Assembly: GCA_032128375.1 (NCBI GenBank)
Contig: JAQBGU010000099.1
Location: 17,079 to 81,078 of the forward strand
DNA from: Deltaproteobacteria bacterium
Lineage (GTDB): Bacteria; Myxococcota_A; UBA9160; SMWR01
Reading direction: 5' to 3'
DNA length: 64,000 nucleotides
Shown: positions 27,787 through 36,297 of the stretch, piece after piece
Layout of the letters: each line of letters starts with the position of its first letter
How positions within the stretch are numbered: position 1 is the stretch's first letter
Translations under genes and position numbers: made by a program
The notes under the pieces: model-generated
The model's database searches: none
What the model was told of the DNA's origin: nothing
The model's input: only the letters and a program-made list of their open reading frames with translations

Positions 27787-28722
27787 ATGAGCAATCCGAA
27801 TTCGCTAAGAGCCTCGACGGCATCTCAAAGTCACGTCGGCCAGGTACGTTCCGCTAACCAGGACGTGTGCGGGGAATTCTCGGACGTCCGTGGTCGCCAG
27901 CTGCTCGTCGTAGCGGACGGGATGGGTGGCCATGCCGGCGGCGAAACGGCCAGTCGACTCGCACTCGAGACAATCGGTGAGATCTTCGGCGCGGGCTTCG
28001 AGGACCCGGTCGCGATGCTTCGCGATGCCCTGGAGGGCGCCAACGCCAAGATCCACCAGGTCGGGAACCAAGACCCCGATCTCCACAACATGGGGACCAC
28101 CGCCGTCGCACTCCTGATTGGCGTTGGGGAGACGTTCTCGATCGCTCACGTAGGTGACAGTCGAGCCTACCGGATGCGGGCGGGCCGACTCCAGCAGATC
28201 ACAGAGGATCACTCCTGGGTCTGGGAGGAGGTTCGCCAGCATCGGCTAGCAGCCGAAGACGCCGAATCGCACCCGATGAAGAACGTGTTGCTCAGATCTC
28301 TTGGAGTGGCGCCCGAAGTCGAAATCTCCGTGATGAGTCAGCCGCTCCTGCCTGGCGATCGCTTCATGCTGTGCAGCGACGGATTATGGGGCGAAGTCGG
28401 GTCGACGGCGATTGGCGAAATCATGGCGCGCTCGGACGCCCCGACCGCGGTACGCGACTTAGTCGACCTAGCAAACCGCAACGGCGGTTCCGACAATGTC
28501 ACTGTCGTGGTGGCGATCGTGCCGGACGGCAAATCCGAGTTCACGCTCGAATCCGACATTGTTTCACATCCCACAGAGTCCGTCACACTACCCTTGGACG
28601 CGCGCGTCACCGTTGCTGGCAAAGCTGCGAACATGCGAACCCGCTTGCCAAGGTGGGCGGGACCGGTCCTCGCATTCGGCGCCGGCCTTCTGGTGGTGCT
28701 GCTGTTATGGGCGAGCGTCTGA
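27787..28722 (+). CDS. PP2C/Stp1-family Ser/Thr phosphatase with C-terminal TM helix
   Basis: HVGQVRSANQD, VADGMGGHAGGE, MGTT, HVGDSRAY, TEDHS, LCSDGL, GGSDNVT. Confidence 0.93.
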   Translation: MSNPNSLRASTASQSHVGQVRSANQDVCGEFSDVRGRQLLVVADGMGGHAGGETASRLALETIGEIFGAGFEDPVAMLRDALEGANAKIHQVGNQDPDLHNMGTTAVALLIGVGETFSIAHVGDSRAYRMRAGRLQQITEDHSWVWEEVRQHRLAAEDAESHPMKNVLLRSLGVAPEVEISVMSQPLLPGDRFMLCSDGLWGEVGSTAIGEIMARSDAPTAVRDLVDLANRNGGSDNVTVVVAIVPDGKSEFTLESDIVSHPTESVTLPLDARVTVAGKAANMRTRLPRWAGPVLAFGAGLLVVLLLWASV

Positions 28723-28768
28723 CGAGATCCGCGTCCGCGTCATCGGTCGCCCGCCGTCCAACCGCGCG

Positions 28769-30187
28769 TTAGCGAGTCATGCGAAACGTGGCGATCTGCT
28801 CGCGTTCGAGCCGCCCAGCTGGTTCGAACGAAGCCCCTTCCGGTAGCGCGCGAAAGGTCGGCTCCGATATCAGCAGACCATTTTCATCGGCATCCTTTTG
28901 CAGGTGTCCCGCTACGTCGAGCACTTCGCTGTAGGCGACGCCGCGCTTCTTATCGACGAGCGACGAGCCGGTGTGAATTCCGATTCTCAGGCGGAACGGC
29001 GACGGCAGCGCATTCTGATCCTCGTTGAACGCATCGAGTCGATCCAAAATGGCACGACCGGCATCGACGGAACGCGGCGTAGATTCGAAAAAGCACATCA
29101 GCTCGTCGCCGTTGCTGTTGAGAACCATCCCGTTGAATTCTTCGATCACAGCGGTGATCCAGGCGCGCCAACGCTCGAATGAGACAATGATCAACTCGGG
29201 GCGTCTGGACTCGGCCTTCATCCCGTAGGAGCCCACGACATCGACATCGAGAAAGCTGCCGTGGACCGCGAACTTCTCCTCGATTTCGCGGTCACGAACG
29301 AGTTTCTCTTCCATTCGGACCTGCAGCGATGTCTGGTCGGTCCGTTGCGACGCAGGCTTCGTTGTCCCCGCTGGCGCCGGGGCTGGAGATTCACGACGAG
29401 AAACCGCAGCGAGTCCCTGGTAATCCAAGCGCAGCACGACACAGTCGGCCAATTGGAGCTCGTCATCGGGCACGATCTCCTGGCGATCGGCGACGATGAC
29501 CCCGTTGACGAAGGTCTGGTTCACCGAGCTGTGATGTACCACGAAGACGCGTTCATCCTCCCATAGAATCTCTGCGTGGCGCCGAGATACCGCGCGCACA
29601 TCCAGGAAAACGGCTGATGCGGGGTCCCGGCCGATGACGCAATTGGGCGGCTCGAGCCTCATCCGCTTGCCCTCGGCTCCCTCGACCCCAGCGACGACCA
29701 CGAGCGAGTACCCCGGAACGATCACGGCGCGGACTTCAGTGGTTTCGCCCGCCATCTGCGCTGTATCGGCGACCTGGCGCTCGTGCTCGCCCGATGACTC
29801 CAGCAACGTCCCGAGTGCGAAACCGTCGCGTGTGCGTACCTCGAGCATCACACGCCCCATCTGAATCTGATCACCCGCTCGGATCGGCGAGCGGGTGATG
29901 ACCTGGCCATTGACCAACGTTGGGTTTGTCGCACCACGATGATGCTCGATCACCGTGTCACCGTCCTCTCGGCGGATCATGGCCTGCTGTCCAGATATCG
30001 TCGGATCTCGAAGCAGGATCGAGCCCGGCTGGCCCGAGCGTGGGACTCCCCGGGCGATTGCGACGTTGTTCGCGTCGATCGTGAATTTTTGTCCCGCGTC
30101 CTCGCCTTCGAGAACCAGGAGTTCCAGAACCTGTTCGGGCGTCGCTTCCCGATTTTTCTTCTTGAATGAACTGAGCCAATCCGCCAA
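28769..30187 (-). CDS. FHA-FHA-class III nucleotide cyclase-like protein
   Basis: Two FHA domains (the second canonical: IGRD...VSRRHAEI...NQTFVNG), then FLDVDVVGS, NSNGDELMCFF, RLRIGIHTG, DVAGHLQK, LLISEPTF. Confidence 0.85.
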   Translation of the reverse strand: MADWLSSFKKKNREATPEQVLELLVLEGEDAGQKFTIDANNVAIARGVPRSGQPGSILLRDPTISGQQAMIRREDGDTVIEHHRGATNPTLVNGQVITRSPIRAGDQIQMGRVMLEVRTRDGFALGTLLESSGEHERQVADTAQMAGETTEVRAVIVPGYSLVVVAGVEGAEGKRMRLEPPNCVIGRDPASAVFLDVRAVSRRHAEILWEDERVFVVHHSSVNQTFVNGVIVADRQEIVPDDELQLADCVVLRLDYQGLAAVSRRESPAPAPAGTTKPASQRTDQTSLQVRMEEKLVRDREIEEKFAVHGSFLDVDVVGSYGMKAESRRPELIIVSFERWRAWITAVIEEFNGMVLNSNGDELMCFFESTPRSVDAGRAILDRLDAFNEDQNALPSPFRLRIGIHTGSSLVDKKRGVAYSEVLDVAGHLQKDADENGLLISEPTFRALPEGASFEPAGRLEREQIATFRMTR

Positions 30188-30366
30188 CGCTCGACCCCCG
30201 CAACTCCCTTGGAACGTTCACTGAGACTTTCAATTGGGACTCTCAATGGGACTCTGCTCCCGACTCGACCCCACTCGACCCCACTGGAACCGAACGCCGC
30301 TCGTTGGCAACCGACTCCGTTTGCCGGAGTCAACGAGCAGCAATCAGGTGGGGCGTTGAACCAGGG

Positions 30367-31587
30367 ATGGTTAATATTCCACTCTTGAACCGCCCTGTCC
30401 AAGCGCATCGCTCAGAAATCGACCGGCAACCGCTGCGGATCGCATCGTTGAATGTCTGGGGTCTGCGCTGGCCTTTTGCGCGAGATATCGCGGCACGCAT
30501 GGACGCAATCGCGCTCGCGCTCCCGGGTCTGGAAGCGGACGTCATCACCTTTCAGGAGGTTTGGACCCGCGAAGTCGCGACGGTCCTCCGCGAGGCTGGG
30601 ACGCGCGCGGGGCTGATTCACCAATTCGATGCCCAAGCTCTCACAGGCGGCAGTGGCCTGTTGGTTCTGTCTCGTCACCCGATCTCACAGTCCCGCTTTG
30701 AACGCTACCTGATGGGCGGCCTGCCGGAACGAATCAGGCATGCAGATTACTGGGGTGGAAAGGGCTACACCCAGTTGGAGATTTCGAGCCGTGCAGGCCC
30801 CATCGCACTGATCAATACCCACCTTCACGCGCAATATGCCGAGGCTGCATACCCGAGTTATCGAAGCCACCGGATGGGCCAGGTCGTGCAACTCGCGTTC
30901 GGACTGTCTCGCATCAGCGCCCCCGTGGTCGCAGCGGGCGACTTCAACATGCGAGAGGCGTGGCCGGAGTACCGCGCTTTCACCGGCTTGACCGGCATGC
31001 GGGACTGCGCGGCCGAACGCGAGCATCGCCAACCGACCAACCTCGACTCGAACCCCTACCACGCCGGCCGGTCGGAGGGCGATTCGCGGATCGACTACGT
31101 GTTCGCCAAAGATGGGGTCGAATCATCCATCGATGTGATCTCCTCGAAGCGAATCTTCGATTCGGATCTGGAAATCGACGGACATCGCGCCAGCTATTCC
31201 GACCATGCGGGGCTGTTGGTCGATGTGGCGATCCGCAACCAACCGGGCGCCTCTCACACCCCGAACCCAGCGGCCGTGGAACTGGCGCGGAAAGGCCTGG
31301 CGACGGGCCGAGGCCTGGCAGAGCAGCGACAGCGCCGCGAGCGTTGGGAGGCCCTGGCCGGCATCGGAGTCGGCGGGCTCGCGATCGCGAGCCGTCGCAG
31401 CGCCCCACTAGCGCGGCGCAAATTCCTGCGAGCACTGCTGGGAGGGGTGGCCGCGGTCGGGGTGGGTTCGGCGCTCGGATTCGCAGCGCTATCAGAATTC
31501 ACTGTCCGTCAAGAACTCGAAAATTACCAAGAAGTGGAGCGTCAGCTCGACGATCTGGCTGCGCGTTCGCTTTCGCAGCGAACATGA
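30367..31587 (+). CDS. EEP-family phosphodiesterase, neutral sphingomyelinase (SMPD2/Isc1)-like
   Basis: SLNVWGL, FQEVW, GSGLLVLSRHPI, GLPERIRHADYWGGKG, NTHLHAQY, GDFN, RIDYVF, SDHAGL; two C-terminal hydrophobic segments. Confidence 0.8.
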   Translation: MVNIPLLNRPVQAHRSEIDRQPLRIASLNVWGLRWPFARDIAARMDAIALALPGLEADVITFQEVWTREVATVLREAGTRAGLIHQFDAQALTGGSGLLVLSRHPISQSRFERYLMGGLPERIRHADYWGGKGYTQLEISSRAGPIALINTHLHAQYAEAAYPSYRSHRMGQVVQLAFGLSRISAPVVAAGDFNMREAWPEYRAFTGLTGMRDCAAEREHRQPTNLDSNPYHAGRSEGDSRIDYVFAKDGVESSIDVISSKRIFDSDLEIDGHRASYSDHAGLLVDVAIRNQPGASHTPNPAAVELARKGLATGRGLAEQRQRRERWEALAGIGVGGLAIASRRSAPLARRKFLRALLGGVAAVGVGSALGFAALSEFTVRQELENYQEVERQLDDLAARSLSQRT

Positions 31588-31745
31588 AGCGGGTTACCGA
31601 ATCCGAGTGATTCGTTTTGGATAGAATGGCCCGGCTCGAGGCCGCTGGATCGTTGGATTGGCAATCGTTCGTTTTCCCGTTGTCGCAAACGGGGCCAATC
31701 GGCCAACAGGCCAACAGGCCAGCAGGCAAGTCGAGAGGAGAGCGC

Positions 31746-32504
31746 ATGTCGTTGTCGGGTCGGGTCGCGTTGGTTACGGGCGGGAGCCGGGGAATCGGCC
31801 GGGCCATATCGCTCGCACTCGCAAGCGACGGTGCTGATATCGCAGTCAACTACCGCAGGGACCTCGATTCCGCGGATGCGACTGTCGCTGAAATCCGGGC
31901 ACTGGGCCGCAGGGCGGCGAGCTTCCAGGCCTCAGTGGGAGATTGGGAGCAGGACGTTGCGATGGTAGAGAGCGCACTCTCCGAGTTCGGACACATCGAC
32001 ATTTTGATCAACAATGCGGGCGTGGCCAGCCGTGGTCGGTCCGTCGCAGATACCGACCCCGCAGAAATGGAACGCGTCGTTCGCACACACGCCTTTGCGC
32101 CCCACTATCTCTCGAAACTCGTGCTTCCCAGTATGAGAACCCAGGCGCGCGGCGACATCATCATGATTTCGAGCGCCGCGACCCACTATTTTGCCGGATA
32201 CGGGGGCCCCTACAACATGGGGAAGGCGGCCATGGAAGCGCTCGCCTACACGCTGGCGAAAGAAGAGCGCGGCAATGGCATCCACGTGAACATCGTAGCG
32301 CCCGGTCTGGTCGACACCGACATGGGAAAGCGACTCGTCAAAGCCACTCAAGGCGTCGACGACCTGCGGAAGCTGGATGGCGCAATGCCGTTCGGCCACG
32401 TCTGCCAGCCCGAAGAAGTTGCCGACACCGTTCGGTTTCTCGTATCCGACGCCGCGCGCTACGTCACCGGACAGCGCATTTACGTCGACGGAGGCGGAGC
32501 CTGA
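31746..32504 (+). CDS. short-chain dehydrogenase/reductase
   Basis: TGGSRGIG, NNAG, YNMGK, VAPGLVDT. Confidence 0.92.
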   Translation: MSLSGRVALVTGGSRGIGRAISLALASDGADIAVNYRRDLDSADATVAEIRALGRRAASFQASVGDWEQDVAMVESALSEFGHIDILINNAGVASRGRSVADTDPAEMERVVRTHAFAPHYLSKLVLPSMRTQARGDIIMISSAATHYFAGYGGPYNMGKAAMEALAYTLAKEERGNGIHVNIVAPGLVDTDMGKRLVKATQGVDDLRKLDGAMPFGHVCQPEEVADTVRFLVSDAARYVTGQRIYVDGGGA

Positions 32505-32842
32505 AGTTGCGCATGCGTTGCCGCCTGGCGTAGTTCCGTCAATTACCGGATTGTACCCTTCAATATCACTGCATCACTGCCTGCCTGTCGTATTCCACGG
32601 TGCGCTCAGCAAGTGTAACCCTCGACGCCAATCTGGAACCAAACTTCCCTCCCCGCTTCCCCTCTGGGCGCGCATTCCAGCGGCAGCATCACGGCCAAGC
32701 ACCCGACGCCTACCGACTTTCGCGCAGTCGGCCCGGCCCGGCCGCCTACGGCAAGCGGCTTGCATGCACATGGTGTTAGTTCGAATCCTCGATCGCTTCG
32801 GCCAACCGGCGAGATCCTCGGGAATCGAAGTGAGAAGGAACC

Positions 32843-34003
32843 ATGCGAATCCGGGTCGCTACATTGAATGTGTGGGCGCTGCCCCCTCCATTCGGCGAGC
32901 ACGTGTCCGAGCGAATGGCGGCGATTGGCCGCCACATTCGCGACTTCGAAGCCGATCTCGTCTCGCTCCAGGAAGTCTGGACAACCAGTGCGCGAGAAAC
33001 CCTGATCGCCGCCGGTCAGACGGCGGGTATGGCACACAGCTGGCACAATGTAGCGTCGCTCGGGGGCAGCGGCCTGTTGGTCCTTTCGCGCTTTCCGATC
33101 GATAGCGCTCAGTTCGAACGCTATTCGCTGCGCGGCCTTCCGGAGGAAGTTGGCGGAGACTTCTACGGAGGAAAGGGTTTCGTGCGCCTGCTCATCGGAA
33201 CCGCGAACGGGCCGATCGCGCTGCTCAATACCCATCTGCAAGCCCGCTATCCGAAGCGCGTCCAGCACGAGTACCTCGCCCTCCGGACCGGCCAGATCGT
33301 CCAACTCGCCGTTGGAACGCTGCACCTGGAAATCCCCGTGATTGCAACTGGCGACTTCAACTTCAACGAAACCGATTCAGGGCACCGCGTGCTGACCGGT
33401 CTGACCGGTTTTCGTGATCTTGCGGCGGAATCCAACCAGCGACAACCGACGGTATATCGGCAGAACGCGTACCGTCGCGGACGCAGCAAGCCCGACAAAC
33501 GCATCGACTATGTATTCGCACGAAACGGCTCGGCGCACGCAGTGCGGACGCGCTGGATCAGGCGCATCTTTGATCAAGCAGTCGAAATCGACGGAAGGCC
33601 GGCCAGCTATTCGAACCACGCGGGCCTGCTCGCCGACCTCGAGATCATCCCCGAATTGGGTAGCGGGCCTGGCCTCCCCAACGCCGACGCGGTTGCCCTG
33701 GCGCGAACACTACTCGCGCAGGGCCGTGACGAAGCCCGAATTCGGCAGCAGGGTCAACGAAGCTGGGCCACCGTGGGCGTCGCTGGCGCGGTCGCGGCAC
33801 GTGCCGGCGTCCGCGGCCTGTCGACAACGAGACGGCGATTCTTGCGCCAAGCGCTGCGAGGCTCGGCGTTGCTCTCGCTTACGCCAGCCGTGGGTCTATC
33901 GATCTTGTCCGAGTTTTTCGTGCCGGACGAGTTGCGCGCTTTCGACGACCTGACCGCCAAGCTCGCGCGCGTCGAATTTCCCGCGACTAGCTCAATCGCC
34001 TAG
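32843..34003 (+). CDS. second EEP-family neutral sphingomyelinase-like paralog
   Basis: TLNVWAL, LQEVW, GSGLLVLSRFPI, GDFYGGKG, NTHL, GDFN, RIDYVF, SNHAGL; clearly paralogous to 30367..31587. Confidence 0.8.
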   Translation: MRIRVATLNVWALPPPFGEHVSERMAAIGRHIRDFEADLVSLQEVWTTSARETLIAAGQTAGMAHSWHNVASLGGSGLLVLSRFPIDSAQFERYSLRGLPEEVGGDFYGGKGFVRLLIGTANGPIALLNTHLQARYPKRVQHEYLALRTGQIVQLAVGTLHLEIPVIATGDFNFNETDSGHRVLTGLTGFRDLAAESNQRQPTVYRQNAYRRGRSKPDKRIDYVFARNGSAHAVRTRWIRRIFDQAVEIDGRPASYSNHAGLLADLEIIPELGSGPGLPNADAVALARTLLAQGRDEARIRQQGQRSWATVGVAGAVAARAGVRGLSTTRRRFLRQALRGSALLSLTPAVGLSILSEFFVPDELRAFDDLTAKLARVEFPATSSIA

Positions 34004-34236
34004 AGGACAAGCGCTCTGCGGCAGTGACTCGCCCGCTACCAGTGCACCCGAAGCGACGTCAACCCCCGCAGGATCGGATGCCCGCGGAATTCGACTTCCG
34101 CCTCGCCGAGCTTCATCTGCGGGAAACGCGCGAGCGTCGACCGATTGCCGCTCACCGGCTGCTTGGTCATCATGAGCACACACTGTGCAGCGCCAATTTC
34201 GACGCAGCGCCCGCGCTATGGGCCGAACGGACAATC

Positions 34237-34710
34237 GTGAATACTGAGGTCCACGTCGTCCAGTGCACCGCGGGTACGGAACTCGCGACTTGCTACGAGA
34301 TCCGCCGGGTCGTGTTCGTGGACGAACAAGGCGTTTCGCGCGAAGAGGAGTTCGACGATCTCGACTCAGCCTGCCTGCACTTCCTCGCCTACCTGGATGG
34401 AGTAGCCGTCGGTACCGCTCGCATGCACCCTCGACTGGATGCCGGCAAGGCCCAGCGCGTCGCCGTACTTGTCCAAGCGCGCCGCAGTGGTGTCGGCGCC
34501 GAATTGATGCTCGCAATCGAAGCCGAAGCGCAAAGGCGCGGTCTTCCCCAAGTCGTCTTGCACGCGCAGACATCGGCGATTCCGTTCTACGAGTCGATCG
34601 GATATCGCGCTGAGGGCGCAGAATTTTCCGAAGCGGATATCCCCCATCGGCTCATGAGAAAGGCGCTGGCTCGGCATCGCTCCGGCGCCGGACCCACACC
34701 CACAGCGTGA
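34237..34710 (+). CDS. GNAT N-acetyltransferase (ElaA/YjcF-like); start uncertain
   Basis: IRRVVFVDEQGV...EEFDDLD...RRSGVG...LHAQTSAIPFYESIGY...EADIPH. Confidence 0.85.
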   Translation: MNTEVHVVQCTAGTELATCYEIRRVVFVDEQGVSREEEFDDLDSACLHFLAYLDGVAVGTARMHPRLDAGKAQRVAVLVQARRSGVGAELMLAIEAEAQRRGLPQVVLHAQTSAIPFYESIGYRAEGAEFSEADIPHRLMRKALARHRSGAGPTPTA

Positions 34711-36265
34711 GGATCGCGACCAGCGTGGTGAACACGATGACGCTGACCACCGCGTAGCGAAGATCGAGTGCTTCGCGGACCGCCGGCAGCCAACCGGTGA
34801 GGACGACGGCCGCCATTCCTGTCGCGAGTAGCTCCATGACTCGCCGATCCTCTCGGAACATCAGAGGCACGAGTGCGAGCAGACAGAAGTAATAGTGTGA
34901 GACGGTGAGCACCGCGAACATCACAACGATTCCCAGAAAGATCCCCTCGACATCGCGAGACCGCCGTGCGAAGACGAAGCTTACGAGTGCCAGCACCCCG
35001 AGCGCGGCGTAATAGTAGGGCCGCCGGGCTTCGAAGGTACGACTGGTTGCGGCCAGCCAGTCGAGGGCCTCGCCGCGGGCCGCAGCCGCCAAAACGGCGC
35101 TGACATTGTGCTCGGCGCGGTACAGAAACGGAAACCGCAACGAAACACCGTTGGGCGCCACAAGCGCATTGCGCGACGACACGACCTCGATCTGTTCGAG
35201 CCAGGGGTTGGCTGCGCCGGGTGTGGAAAGGAACGAGGTCGCAACGAGCAGCAACCCCGCGGTCGCCGCGGTCGTTGCGTATAGCGCTCGGTTTCGACGC
35301 AATCGCTGGCGCCGTGCCGGGTGCAGCACGTCGCAAGTAAGCAGCGCGAACGGGAAGAGCACGGGAAAGATCCGAAACAGCGACGCGACGGCGAGCCCGA
35401 CGCCACTGGCGACGAGCCAGCCCCGCCGATAAAACGCAATCCCCAACGCAAGCGCGACGAAATAGTTGTATCGAAGGAAGGCACCGCCCGTAAAGTCGTA
35501 GTCGTTGAGCGGATTCGCAAACCAGAAGAACAGGAACACGAGCCCCGCGTACCTCCCCAACAGCGCTCCGATGCAAGCCCCGGTCGCCAGCACCAGCACG
35601 AGATCGAACCAGACCGCGGTGGCGAGAAAGGCCGCTGTCCCTCCAGGGTTCCAGTTTGCCAGCGTGCCGAGTACGGCAGTGGTCAGCGGAGTTCCGTTGT
35701 AGCCATGATCACGCTGGATCTCCGAGCTGTGCCAGCGCGCGGGGTCAGCCCTGCGAAAGAACATCAGGTCGGACTTGAAATCTCGCCAGCGAGTTCGAGA
35801 GAAGCGGCCCACAATCTCTGCTCGCCGCTTCAACACGGTCATTCTCGGGAACTCATGCCCGGTGTCGCGCAAATCTCGAATCGGCATCAACGGTCGAAAT
35901 CGCTCGGGGTCGTCCTCGAAATCGGCGATCACGGTCGCCTCGTAGAGACCTTCCTGGCCGAGTTCAGCGAAATATTTCGTCCCCACATAATAGTGGTAGA
36001 CGTCTGCGTGATGGATATGAACCCTCCCGGTCCCCGGGTGGACACGCACCCCCCCGACGTAGGCCAGCAGCCCGACGCCAACCAACACACCGACGACCGC
36101 CCCAAAGCGGCGATCCAGGGCCGACCATCGGGCACGACACAGCGCCGCGGCGACAAAGACCCCCAGCAACCCGACCCGTATCACCGCCCCGTCGTATCCG
36201 TCCATTGTGCACACGATAGCGCTCGGCCTCATCGTGTTCTGCGCTTGAAGAGACGTCCGCGACAA
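34652..36265 (-). CDS. polytopic membrane protein, GT-C glycosyltransferase-like; start uncertain
   Basis: Many TM helices; loop YHYYVGTKYFAELG...DHGYNGTP; RIFP motif; adjacent to other GT-C-like genes. Confidence 0.55.
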   Translation of the reverse strand: MSRTSLQAQNTMRPSAIVCTMDGYDGAVIRVGLLGVFVAAALCRARWSALDRRFGAVVGVLVGVGLLAYVGGVRVHPGTGRVHIHHADVYHYYVGTKYFAELGQEGLYEATVIADFEDDPERFRPLMPIRDLRDTGHEFPRMTVLKRRAEIVGRFSRTRWRDFKSDLMFFRRADPARWHSSEIQRDHGYNGTPLTTAVLGTLANWNPGGTAAFLATAVWFDLVLVLATGACIGALLGRYAGLVFLFFWFANPLNDYDFTGGAFLRYNYFVALALGIAFYRRGWLVASGVGLAVASLFRIFPVLFPFALLTCDVLHPARRQRLRRNRALYATTAATAGLLLVATSFLSTPGAANPWLEQIEVVSSRNALVAPNGVSLRFPFLYRAEHNVSAVLAAAARGEALDWLAATSRTFEARRPYYYAALGVLALVSFVFARRSRDVEGIFLGIVVMFAVLTVSHYYFCLLALVPLMFREDRRVMELLATGMAAVVLTGWLPAVREALDLRYAVVSVIVFTTLVAILTLWVWVRRRSDAEPAPFS

Positions 36266-36297
36266 AAGACAACTCCAGTGGGCTACGTTTCGATGTG

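Noticed and set aside
11341..28722. Type VI secretion regulatory module (PpkA/PppA/Fha)
   Set aside because: Kinase, PP2C and FHA are present but no T6SS structural genes are in the window.
28769..30187. Pycsar or CBASS anti-phage system
   Set aside because: The cyclase is fused to FHA domains and the cNMP-binding protein is fused to Fe-S clusters, not a TIR or pore-forming effector; they are about 9 kb apart and there is no defence-island context.
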